Assembly: GCA_001724265.1 (NCBI GenBank)
Contig: MEDY01000255.1
Span: 1-64,000, forward strand
Source of the DNA: Rhizaria sp. SCN 62-66
Lineage: Eukaryota
Length of the DNA: 64,000 nt
Reading direction: 5' to 3'
Below the pieces are notes generated by a model that saw nothing but the letters and a program-made list of their open reading frames with translations, made no database searches and was not told where the DNA came from. This document shows, piece after piece, positions 34,935-47,600 of the stretch; the first letter of the stretch is position 1; each line of letters starts with the position of its first letter. A program made the position numbers and the translations under genes.

Positions 34935-37900
34935 ATGCTGTCGTCCCGCTGGCTCGGTCTGCGGAAGGTTTGTGCCTCCGCAGTCTCGACCACAACAGCA
35001 GCAGCAGCAGCTGCAGCGTCACAGGCTTTCGCCGCGGCGTCAGTCTCTGGCTTGGCGGCCGTCCGACCGGTGACTGTGACTGCGGACCGCGCACGCTTGC
35101 CGACCACCAGCAAGAACAGCGCCAATAACAACAACAGCACTATGCGCGGCGTTGATGCTCTGTGCGCTGGCCAGACTGCGCGCTTGCCTCTCCTGTTTAC
35201 CCCATCAATCCCTCTCATGTTCCGCAACAACTACAACAACAACAGCGGCGGCGGCGGCTACGGCGGCGGGTTCGGCGGCGGCGGCCGGCGGGGCAACAAC
35301 AACAGCAACAACGCCGAGGACAGTGAGGACGAGTCCGCGGCCGCGCAGCGCCAGCTCCGCATGATGGCCAACTCGCGCGCGTTTGCGTTTGCGGCCCCCT
35401 CGTCCACCGCCGCCGCCACCGCTTCGAACCCGCGCGTCAGGGCGCCCGCGAGCGCTCTGCCTAAGACAGCTGACGCGGATGCGGATGAGGAGGAGTTTGG
35501 CGATGATGACGAAGACATCGTGGTAGAGGACGTGGCCCCCGCGGCTGGTACGTTATTTCATCCTTATGTGCCGCACGTTTGACGATCATAGTCGGATTCT
35601 GTTTCAGAATCACGAGCGTATTGTTTGTTCTCTAGAACATCATTTAAGACAACTCAAATCACCATGCTTCTCCGTGTTTCTTCCATATCGCCATTATGCA
35701 CGCATGTATATGTATATATATCTTAACGCAGACGCGTACCAGCTGCCCCTGCCCTACGACAAGGCCGACGCGGCCAAGAAGTTTGTCAAGACGTGGAACA
35801 ATATCCGCGCCGACCAGGAGTTCACCAAGATCACCGCGCCGCTGGCTAAGGCCGCCGCACTCAAGACAAACCCCACGAAGCGCGGCCAAGAGCGCGCGCA
35901 GATGCTCACCGAGTTCCTCGTCGATAACAACATTGCGTACGCGCTCTCCCGCGCCCCCGCCTTCGCCTCAGCCTCAGTCTCAGCCTCCGCGTCTGACACT
36001 GCTTCTCAGAGCGGCGGTGGCAGCAGCAGCGGCCGCTCCCCCCGTGGCGGCGCCGCCGCTGCCAGTGCCGGCGCGGGCGCGGGCGTTGGCGACGCGCTGC
36101 CCCCGGCTGTCGCTGCGTTCGCGTCGGCCGCGGTCGTGCGCGTGATCGTCCGCGACGACTCGTACGCCAGCCCGGGCAACGTGACGCTCGACAAGGCGCT
36201 GCGGTGGGCCGCAGGGCAGCGGCTCAACCTGCTGATGCCGCGCGGGCAGCTGCAGCCGGAGCCGAAGCCGGAGAACAAGGCTGCGCTCGAGGACGACGGC
36301 GTGCCCGTGGCCTTCGCGATGTCCTTCTCGAAACTCCGTGCCGAGCTGCTCAACAAAGATAAGGCCGCCGCGCGCGGCGCCGCCGTGGTCAAGGAGTTCA
36401 GCCTCAACGGGCAGGCGTCGAGGGGCGATGTGGTGCGCCGTGCGCTCCAGGCCTTCGAATTTGCGCTGCAGGGCTTCTCGGTCAAAGTGCAGCTCGTGGA
36501 CAACAGGGGCAAGGCGCTTGCCAGCACCGACGGCGCGGGCAGTGTAAGTACCTCGTCGTCTAAGGGGGGGCTCGACGAGGACGCATTGGACCGGAGCGAA
36601 CGGCGCGGGCGCCGCGGCGGCGACGATGACGGCGACAGCGGCGACGGCGACGATGACCGGCGCGGCGGCCGCGGCGGCGGCGCCGGCGGTGGCGGCAAGA
36701 AGGGCAAGTTGACGAAGAAGGAGCTCGAGATGCAGAAGCGCAAGGCCGCGATCGCCAAGGCCATGTCTACCGGGGCGCCGCTGCCGGCGGACGAGGAGCC
36801 GGGCGCCGCGGGTCGCAGCGGCGGCACCAACGACGGCACTGAAACCCTGCTGGCGCTCAACGATGTGGTGATGCAGTGCGCGGGGCTGCTTGTGCAGCGG
36901 CGGAGCGACGTCAAGATCCGCCACGGGCTCGCCATGGCCATGATGACGCAGTACCTTAAGGCCAAGGGGCTCTTCACCCCGGTGTCCGGCCCCAGCGGGG
37001 CCAAGGCCGCGGTCGTGCCGACCAACGAGGGCGGCAGTCCTGTCGTGCCCTCGGAAGTACGTTCGCAATTGATCGCGATATCACACGAATTGCGCGATAT
37101 CACTCGATAATGATACCATCGTTTAATGAAAACAATTGTAATGACTCATATCAATGCCATGTACGATATATGTTAAAATTATGTATTTGTGCTGACATAA
37201 AATCTCGTTTATATCTTGTTATCACAACGCTTCACAGGAGGAGCGCGAGGCCGCGGCCAACGCAGTGTCCACACGCGCGAGCATCATGCTTGCTGCCAGC
37301 ATGTCCACTGCGCTCGACCTCACGGCGCTCAACGCCAGCAGCAGCAACAACATCTCTAGCACTAGTGCGGGCAGCGACAGTGCGGTGCCGATCGCCGCCG
37401 TCATCGCCGCAGGGCTGCTCGCGCGGCCCCTGGAGCGCGAGATGGGTACGGACGCAGCTTAGCTTTGTAATCACACATATTTTACACTCAATGTTTTGTT
37501 ATTAGTTCTTCAAAATGAAAAAATGTCATGAAAACCCATATTAATTATTTTGCATACGATGATTCATCGTTGACTTGTTGTCTTTATGTTTATCTTTGCG
37601 TTCTGTTTTACTCCCCACAACAGGCAAGCGCGGGCGCATCGAGACCGAGGAGCTGACTCTGGAGCCCGTCAGTAACCTGCTCAAGCGCATCTACGACCTT
37701 CCTAACGTGCCCGCAATCAGCGACGAGGCCAAGGGCGAGGTTGTCAAGAGCAACATCTACTTCGCGCCGGTGACCGAGGCTGCGATGCGGGAGAAGAAGT
37801 ACCTCCAGCTCGTCCCTGGTACGTTAACGTCACATTTCGCATTGCACTCTTGATTTGACAACATATATCTTGAATAAGTTACGAAATATTTGGCAATATA

Positions 37901-38183
37901 ACTTTTAAACAGTTATTTGTAAGATTTATTTGATTTACATCTAACATATGTCATCTTCTCTTGTTTATATTGTATTTCGCATGTTATTTGCTTAGGCTCA
38001 AGCAAGAAGATGGAGCTGGACGCCGAAACGCAGCAGAAGCAGTGGGCCGAGTCCACTGAGGTGCTGACTCTGCTCGCCAAGAAGGACACCGACGGGCTCG
38101 TGGCCAAGCAGAGCGCGAAGCAGGGCGGCGGCAAAGACAGTGGCAAGGATGGCAACAAGGACGGTGGCAAGAACAGTAAGTGA
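34935..38183 (+). CDS. Mitochondrion-targeted ~842 aa protein with a translation initiation factor IF3-like core, 5 exons: 34935-35547, 35732-37056, 37238-37445, 37624-37818, 37996-38183
   Basis: Presequence-like start MLSSRWLGLRK. VRVI...VTLDKALRWAAGQRLNLL...PVAFAMSFSK...VKEFSL...DVVRRALQAFEFALQGFSVKVQL aligns by eye with IF3 N- and C-domains. Splice phases are consistent, TGA stop. Confidence 0.68.
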
Positions 38184-38660
38184 AGGAGAGCGCAAACACG
38201 TTTTACTATTTAATGCAGGTTTATATCCGCGTAGATAATCTAAGGTAAGGTCAAAGTGGCCACATTATGAAATAAACAGTTTGATTTAGACAATAAGTAT
38301 GCTATTTTTGCTATTGATACTTATCTAAGAACTGATTGTGCGCAAATGAGAGCTGTGTTACACAGTCCAAGTGATCGTGGTTGTGATGTGCCGTGCGGCG
38401 GGTCGGATAGAAGTTCGAAATTGGCATGGCTTTTCTCTGTCGACCCTGAATTCAGATGACCGTCAACAGAAGTATAACATAACTGCCCACGTTGATCGTG
38501 CATCAAGACATTAAGAATTCTTTTTATATCTCTTATGTTCTCTCTCTTGTTTATTATCTCAACTCTTTCTCGCTTACTCGCACACTCTAGAACTCCGGAC
38601 CAAACTTTCTCCGACGTCAGCACGTGCAGGCACCTGCCTCTCACTCGTTCTTCCTGCACG

Positions 38661-41600
38661 ATGGCCAGCGTGTCCGAGCTCGCGTCTCGTCTTGAATGGG
38701 CGACGGACGACGAGCTCACCTGCACTCTCCTCGAGTTGAGCACCGAAATCAACATGATGAATGAGAGCGACCTGACAACTCTGCACATCCCCACCTTCTG
38801 CGGCTCACTCGCCACCGCCATGCAGTCCTGGCAGGCGCCGGACGCAATCGTGCTCGCCGCGCGCGTCCTCACCGGCCTGCTTGACACCGCACCCGAAACG
38901 ATGGCCTTCGTGCACTCGCAGACGCCGCTCATCAACGTGCTGCTTGAGCACCTCAACTCGGTAGCGTACCCCGACGTCGTCGAGCTCGCAATCCCGCTGC
39001 TCGCCCGCATTGCCGCGCGCTCACCGCCCGTGCTTAACGCGCTGGACATTACCGCCGTCTACGGGTCCATCGACTTCTTCTCCGTCGTCACCCAGAGGGA
39101 CTTGTTGGGGCTGATCGTCGCGGCTGTGCACACGCACTCGCCGGTCCAGACGGTGACTCGCGCGCTACAGCTGCTGCCCATGCTCGCGCAGAAGGTGCCG
39201 CAGCGGCGCTGGCTGCCCACGCTTACCGTTAGTAGTATTGACAATAACTACAGCAACAACGAAGTGAGGAACAACGAGCGTAGCAATGCGACAGATGTTA
39301 GGGTTAGCTCAAGCGTCAGTTCAACTGCGAGTGTGCTCGATACAAAGAATGTGACTGAGAGTGGGTTACGGCTTGTCCTCGCGTCCGCACTGGCCGCGCA
39401 CAGTCGCCACAAGAAGCGCACTCGTCGTGTGAACACACACACTGCGACCGATCACGTCGACGGCGACAGCGACGACGAGTACGATGACGAGTATGATGAG
39501 GGCAGCAGCAGTGACGGCGACAACGACGCCACTGCTGCTCACGCCGCCAGTGCGAGCTCCGACTCCGCGGCGACGGAGGCCAACACGGCGGCTGTCGTCG
39601 TGTCTGCGCTGCTCAAGGCGGTTCTCAGCACCAAGGTCGTCAAAACCGCGTTTGCGACCGGTAATTACGCCACGCCGAGCTACACCCCGTCTCTGAGCTC
39701 GCTGCAGCGGCTGACTGGTGCTGCTTGTAACGCCATAAAGTGGTCCGATAGCGCTGCGAATGATGATGAGCGAAATGGTACTTTCATGTCGTGTAAGGGT
39801 GGCGACGTGACCGTGGGCGCAGCGACGATGGCGGCCGAGCTGGGTACTATGCACGGACTCACGGTCGCTGCGGCCGCTCGGCGCATGCTTGAGACCGTGG
39901 GCACGGTCAACGGGACAGTGCACACTGCTGATAAGCCCACGGCGAATACTGACAGTGTAGTGGCAGTGGCTGAGGCTCAGGGTAATACCTGTGCTGCAAT
40001 GTCTGACTCGGACGACAAAGCTGTTGATGCAAGTATCAAGTCAGACAACAGTCCTGTCGACGCACCCTCATCAGCGTCGAATGCTGACGATGTAAGCGCT
40101 CTGTGTAAGCACGTTTCATGGGGGAAGCTTGTGCCCACAGTCACTTTGCCCTTGTTCACACCTGTCACGAGTCAGATTCAGACGAGGCCGAGCAATGGCT
40201 CAACCACTGACACCGCCAGCGCCAGCGCCAACGCGATTTGTGCGGGTGTAGGTGTGAGTGGATGTGACGGTGACTGCGAGTTCAAGGAGGAAGAAGAGAG
40301 TCTCATCGACGGTTGCTGGGTGACGATGCGCCTCGCCGATGCAAGTACCCACGGAAATTGTGCGGGTGATGCATCTGTTCCTGGAGTTGCGCTCCGCCTG
40401 TTGCAGCAATACTCTCAGTCCCAGTCCCAGTCGCAGTCGCATGCACAGACACATTCACAGTTGCAGGCACAGTCAGTGGAGCTGCAGCCCGTGCCGGCCG
40501 TCGCGAGCGCGAGCGCAACCACTGACTGGGAGCAGCAATCTGACCTACAGCAGCAACAACAGCACGAGCAAGAGTAGCCAACTCACACGCGAGAGCAGAA
40601 GCGGCAGTTCCTGTCGCTGGCAGGCGACGCGCTGGTCACTTCTTTGACCCAGGCTTTCCCGAAGATACAGGGCGGCTTGGCTCTGGGGGACGGCGGTGGC
40701 TTAACTGCTGCTTCGTGCGAGATTGTCGCCGCACTTACATCCCCGTCATTGCTGCTCACGTTAAGCACTCTGTTTGAAACCGCACTGGCTCCACCTCTTC
40801 TCGCTTACAGCGACGATGCTCGCGCTGGCGCCAGCGACACGAACGCGATCGCGTTTGATATGTGCGACTCTACTGCCGGTGCGTCAAGTGCTGAGAATGA
40901 CGAGGCCGTACTTAACGCTTTGCTTCGTAGGCCGCGTACTTACACGCGCGGCACTTACACTCGCAACGGTACTTATACGAGCGACGTACTGAGTGCGCTC
41001 GCGCAACAGCACTTCGACAACAAATGTCATTGCTGCAGCCGTCGTTCTGATCACAACAATGACGATGTGACTTCTGCGTCAAAGGATGATGCTTCAAAGT
41101 GTCCATTGGCCCAGATTATCTTTCAGCTCGTTCGCTCACTGCCCCATCATCGCGCGTACAATGCCCGCGCGCTTGGCAGCAGCGCCAGTGCGAACCCCCC
41201 CGTGAGTCTCGCTCCCAACGTCGCCGCCTCTGTGGCGACCGCCGCCGCCGAGGCGTTGATGCTGGTGCTAACGACGACTGCGACGCCCGTCGTCACACTC
41301 CCTACGGGAGATCAGCCGCGGCCTCAACAACAACAACAGCAACAGCAGCAGCAACAGCAGTGCTCGCAGGCGTTGGGAGACGGGTTCGGCACTGTGGTGA
41401 CGGCTGTGACGCTTCCGCCGCCGCCGCTGCCGCTGCGGCCAGCGCCCGTCGCCGTCGCCGTCCCAGTCTCAGCCTCCGCGTCCACGACCAGTGTGAGCGT
41501 TACGAGCAATGACACGGCACGGGTCAAGTTGCGTGGCAGCGACAGTGGCAGCGGTCGCGACACTGACTCTGACAGCAATGGCAGTGGCAGTGAAGAGGCT

Positions 41601-44600
41601 GTTCTCTAGCACCTGTTGGCTCAGGCAACTGAGTACTACGGTCTTGCTCTGTTGTCCCCTCTCCAAGAAGAAGAAGAAGAAGAAGAAGAAGAGGAGGAGG
41701 GCGCTGGCGATGAGCGCGCCGACAAAAGCAACACAAGCGCTGAGGATGGTGCGACTAAGAGTGCTGCTGCCGCGACCGACATCAGTGCCGACAATGACAA
41801 CAAAGATGCTGCTGCAGATGGTAATGACGGTGCATGGGAGTAGCCGTCCCGCAACACGCGCAGTCGCACCCGCACTCGCGCGCTCAGTGTGCCTGCCACT
41901 GCCACTGCCACTGCCACTGCCACTGCCACTGCCACTGCCACTGCCACTGCTACCGTGACTGCGAACTCTAGTTCAGGCGGCAGCAAACAGAGCAACGGCG
42001 CAAGTAGCAACCGCGGGCGTGGCCGGGGCCGTGGCCGTGCCCGTGGCCGTGCCCGTGGCTGCGGGCGCGGTCGAGGCGGCAGTAACACTGCTAACGACGA
42101 TGACGCCAACGCTGACGCCCACACCGAGACCAAGGCAATCACTGGCGATATGGTCGATTCGCCCCCCACATCGCCCCCGCCCCCGCCCCCTCCTAGCGCG
42201 CGCGACATCCTTGTTGGCGCGCTGCAGAAACTGGAGAGGACGCCGCTTTTCACTGCCAACGAACGCGCCGCACTGGCGCGGCAGCATCCTCCGCTTTTTA
42301 GCCCCTCTGCGACGACGAAGGCGAGTGGATACACGTGCCAGCTCACGGTCGCACTTACACTGGCTAAGGGTGCTGTCACGTCGCTCACTTTCACAAACAG
42401 CTCCTCGAATACGAACAGTACTGCGAGCGGTGACAGTACCAGGTTCATTAAGCTCGAGTCCGTGCCTCTTGCTGTGCTGCAACAAGTTGTTGACGCTGCC
42501 CACGGTCACTTCGCAGCACTTATGTCTCGCGTAAGCGCCACCTCATCAATTGACAGCGGCAATGCTTTCCGCGTTGACTATAGTCTCAGCGGCTCGTGCA
42601 AGTACGATGTCGAGCTGCTTTTGCCTGCTAAGGTGTTTTTGCATGCGCACAAAGACACGTCACTCATCACGACTGAGACAATGACGACACCTGCAGCTGC
42701 ACTTTCAGCGGGCAACAGCGACGATTTTGAGACTCGCCCGAGCACATCTGTGTCTGTTGCTGCTGCTGTTGCTGCATCGGTGACTGCAGTCGAGACAGCA
42801 AGCGCGAATGAGTCTCAGTCATCATCGTCGTCGTCGTCGTCGTCGTCAGCGTCGGCATCGTCAGCTGCGGATACGTGTACTGCTAAGCGTGGCACGTACA
42901 CTTCACGGTCCGTCGTGCTGACGCGGCCACACGCACTCTTCGCGGTTCTCTCCGCACTTACTCACACAGTACTCACTTCTCCGCTAAGTACCCCGCTGCC
43001 AAGTCTAAGCACCCATCTGCCAGCGTCCATCAACTCAGTTGCGGCAGCGACCGCGGTTACCCACACTGCGGCGGCCGCGACCGTGGCCTCTGCGATGCTC
43101 ATCCCGCCTCTTGTCCCCAGTCCGTGGACTATGCTCACTCACTCACGTCTAAGTATCCCCTTAGACTCCGGTCACGCGAGCAAGCGTAGCGCGCAGCAGT
43201 CCGGGCTCGACAGCGCAGCGCGCGCGATTTTCTCGGTCCTGCGCCGCGCCCCCGGCCAGTCTCTGCGCGCTCCCAGCCACTCCGTGGTGACGCACATCCT
43301 GACGGTGCTGCCGCCGCTGCCGACGACGAGCGGCGCGGGCGCCAGCATCACTGGGCTCAGCGCCCTGAGCGCCAGCCTCAGCGGCGGCGTCAGCACCGCG
43401 GCCGTGGACAAGCTCTCGGCGGGGTCGCTGCTGCGCGCGCTCCTGCTGCCGCCGCTGGCGCTGCCGCTGACGTTCGCCGAGAAGGGGGCGAGCGTCGGCG
43501 TGGGGAGCCACCCGGCGGCGCTGCAGTCGCGCTGGCAGTGTAAGTACCTCGCGTCTAAGGGCCAGGGCGGCGCCTCACCCGGGACTACGCAGAAGACGCC
43601 GAGGTACCTGCAGTCTAAGGGTGTGGTGCGCCCCTGGGTACTTACATCTGCGCCTAGTCGTCTGCTCGCGGTCGCCGCGACTGTGCCCGCTGCTGCTGCA
43701 GCAGTGGCAGCGACAGCGTCTGCTGTGGCAGCTGTGGTGACTGTGGTTCTTGCCGCTGCAAATGACGCGGCGAAGGAGGCCGCCGAGGCAAGTGCGGCCG
43801 ACGCTACCCCTTCTAAGGCGGCTGATGCTGACCACGATGCTGATGGACATGCTGTTGATGCTGCTGAGGTTGCAAGCGCGAGCAATGACAAGGTTACTGC
43901 TTGCGTTGGTGTTGCGGCAGCTGTTGCTGCTGTAACAACTGCGGTCGCTTCCGTCACCGCTGCGACTGCGCTGTTGCGCTCTTTTCTCAACGAAAACGCG
44001 CCTACTAAGTATTGCATTGCATCATTTAAGGGTTTGACTTTGAGCGAGGGTGCGTTGTTTCTGCACTCTACTACTCCTTACATCGAAGGCGTTCTCACAT
44101 CTGTTGCCGACATGATTGCCGATATCACAAGCACGGAAGCTTATCTCAGTACAATCAGTGCTGATCTAAGTACTCTTGGCTTAGGACGCGCGCTTCAGAG
44201 TGTCAAGCAACAACTTTTGGTCTTGATCTCGATCACAACATCGATCGCTGCCCCACTAATTGCAACATACTTACCCAGTCAGACTGTCGCTGCTGCGGAC
44301 TTAAGCACTTCTTTGACTGACTGCGACACACGTGAGAATAGTGACATCCACGGAGCTGTGATATCACATATGCGTCGGTTTGGCGTTGCTTCAGCAATGC
44401 GGCGCTTGCACGCCTTTGTTCTGAGCGCTGCTGGTGATGACAACGGAAGTGACTCGATTTCTACCACTGTTGAGAGTGAACTATCTCGGAGTACAAAGGC
44501 AGCTGTGACTGCTGCTGCGAGTACACTCAGTATCTCCCTTGCGAGCAACAGCGTCGATTCGAGTGCAAGTGCCTGTGCCCAAATGGACGACACATGTGGC

Positions 44601-47600
44601 GAGAGCAGCATCGTTGCACGCCTTACTGCTGCTGCGCGGACACTAAGCCAAGCCGCATCAACTGCAAGTCAAGCATTGCCAGCCTCAACTGCATCACCTC
44701 TCTTAATGACTGACTGCGAGCAACAACAGCCTGTTCCGAGTGGCAATGAGCAGTCGAAGCTCAGTCAGTCCAGTGCGAGCTGGTGGCTCGGGACAATGCC
44801 GTCGGGCACTGACCCGCTCACGTCTTCTTCCAGTCTTGGTGCGCGCGATCGCAGTGCGAAGGATTCGACCAGTGCAACTCCTAACACGAACTGTGGAGTC
44901 GTGAGTGACTCTGAGCTCGTTGCGCTCAGCGAGATCCTCGACATTTTCTCTCTCACTGAGCCGAAGTCCCATGTGGATTCAAACTGTGCGGACATTCCCG
45001 GTAGCGAGGTGCCATTGCTTCCTTTAACTGCGTTTGCGCCGACCCTACACGAAGTGACGGAGTCTGGCGTGCTTGCAGCCCTCAGCTCATACCTCAATGT
45101 AAGTACCCCCTTGGACACGGAGGACCACGCACCCGTGCCTTTGTCGCTCGCAGCAGCGCGGGCCCGTGCGCTGTTAGCCGTTGCATGCGGCTTGCCTTTA
45201 GTGCCGAGCCCTTACATCACCACTGGTACTACTTGCGCTGATAACAAGAAGACTGGCAGCGAAGCTGAGACGGAGACCGGTGCAGCTTGGCTTTCCTTCG
45301 CTTCTCAAATGAAGGCCGCCACAGATCCCCTCTTCACCACTCAAAGTCAGGCCGCGCCATTTGCTTGCTCTGCGCAATTAGACGCAAGCAGTGTGCGTGC
45401 GCAGCGTTTACACGGTCTTAGCACGCTGTTCAAGTCTGCGCGCGCGGCCGCTGACTCGGCCGCGCTTCGTCTGGCGCCATTGCTGTCGCCCACGTACACG
45501 CTCGCACTCACATTGGGCTCAACGACGGCATCTCCTCTGACGACCATCACGTCGGTGGCAAACGCCCTCAACGACAGCAGTAGCGGCTCAAGCGCAAGCT
45601 GTAGCTCTGGTGCTGGTGCTGGGAATAGCATCGTCACCGTGAGTACTGGCGCTGGTGCGTTTGCGCTCTCACAGACACGCGCACAGTCCCTTACATGGGC
45701 AAAGCGGTACGTACGCCACATCCGCATGACTCTCCATCACACGAGTACAGGCTCTGACACGACTAGCCATGCAAGCTCCGCTGTCTCAGAGCCGTGCGGC
45801 TTAGCTTTCTCGACTGGCGGCTTAACATTTGTGCAGCTTGTGAGCGCTTTGTGGGACAAGACTCAAGTGACAGTCGCGCCATCACACCGTCTTCTTGCAA
45901 ACTACTTTAGCGCGAACGCTAACAACAACGCGAACAGCGCAAGTAGCGCCAGCCGCTATAGCTCAGGCTACAGCCTTTACTCGAGGCAATCGTACGGCTC
46001 TGGCGGCTATAGCGCGCAGTTACAGCCGCAGTGCCAATGGTCGCTCTCTGTCCTCCCCACAGCTGCCATTGGCGACAAGGCTGCTGACGTTCTTCGCAAG
46101 AGTCATACCGAGATCTCCAAAGTCTATCTCTACGATGTCAGTGCTTCCAACAGCAAGGCCACTGTGAGTACCTGCGGTGACCTGAGTGATCCTGCTGCTC
46201 TTGCCCCTTACACTGTCTCATGCCCAGCTTTTCCTTGTCACGCCACACCCTTAGACCTTGCTCTCATTGACAACGTGACTAAGGATGCTCACTGTGAACT
46301 TGATGCTGTCAATGGAAACGAACACTCAGAAGAGGGTAGTGCGATGCTCACGGTCACTGCTGCAGTTGCACGGATGCTAAGCCGCCCCTGGACTGTATAT
46401 TCATTCAAGCCGAATATGACAATGCTCACTATCGATGGCAACGACATCACAAGCACTGTTGGTAGTAGCCCCAGCTCGAGTAGTAACTACTCAGGCTACA
46501 TGAGCTCGTACGGTAGCCCGTACGGCTCTGCATACGGTCACACCCCCGCCCCGTCCGCCCTGTTCACTCTCGTCCCCACTGCCGTCGGCAGCGGCGCTAT
46601 CATCACTCTCAACAGCGGCGCGGGTGCCGGCACCCAGAGTCGTCGCCACTGCTCGATTCACGGCTGCCAGAGTAGCAGCAGTAGTGATAACGCCGCTGCG
46701 AGCGCGAGCGCTGCTGCATCTGAGAAGGCGGCTGCGACTAGCAAGCAGGTCAAGGCGTACTATAGCAATATCACGACGTCTGTTGCCCCGTACGATGTCT
46801 ACGTTGAGGGAGACTGGGCTGCGAGTCGCGCCGCGTCCAGAGACGGATGTTTGGCCGCTCTCGGTTCTTGTAAGGAAGTCACGGCGCAGCACCCCTGTAC
46901 TCTGTGCAGCGCCTCTGGCAGCACCACAAACAGCGCGGAGACGACCCCGGCTACAAGCGCCATTGCTAAGGCCAACGGCGGCAGCAGCGATGGTGAACAT
47001 GCGCGCAGTGTTGTGAAGATCGTCATCTCACAAGAGCAAGAGGAGGACGCGGTGATTCACAATGTGCTGTTGCCGCTGCTCCAGCTCGTGTCGAGGCTCA
47101 GTCGCGTGTTGACGAAGTGGTGGGAGTGGTACTTACCTGACGTCGTCGCGACGGTGGATCTAAGTGCCTCTAGCTCTTGCTCGAGCTCGAGCTCCAGTGC
47201 GAGTGCCGTCACTGCCGCAGCTGGCGGCAAACTCGTGAGCATTGCTCTGTTGCCGACAACCGTCACGCTGACGGCGCCGTCAGCTGTCAGGGGCGGTGGC
47301 GACGAGTTGACGACAAACAACAAGACCAAGGTTCCTGTTCCCGTGCCCGTTACTGCATACTTGCACTACATGCAAGAGACCGCCCCGCTGTCCAGCGTAG
47401 CCAGTGGAGGCATCTCCGCTTCGAGGCCCTGCTTTACGTTTGTTGCAGGCCTTGTTGGCCGCCCACGCCAGCTTCAGCCGCTGCCGTGCCCGTCTCCAGT
47501 CTTTGCGAGTATTGCGCACGCCCACAGCGGCTCAACCTCGAGCTCTAGCTCTGCTACTGCTGCTGGTACTGTCCACACTGTGAACGCAAGCGTTGATGTT

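Noticed and set aside
35980..37103. Long antisense ORFs here and opposite other GC-rich genes (e.g. 59446..60288, 31812..32561, 54893..55732)
   Set aside because: Shadow ORFs expected from high GC and strong codon bias on the coding strand. No independent motifs.
811..41843. Pyrrolysine or selenocysteine as the explanation for in-frame stops
   Set aside because: Sec uses UGA. Pyl is not established in eukaryotic nuclear genes, and these proteins are not methylamine methyltransferases.
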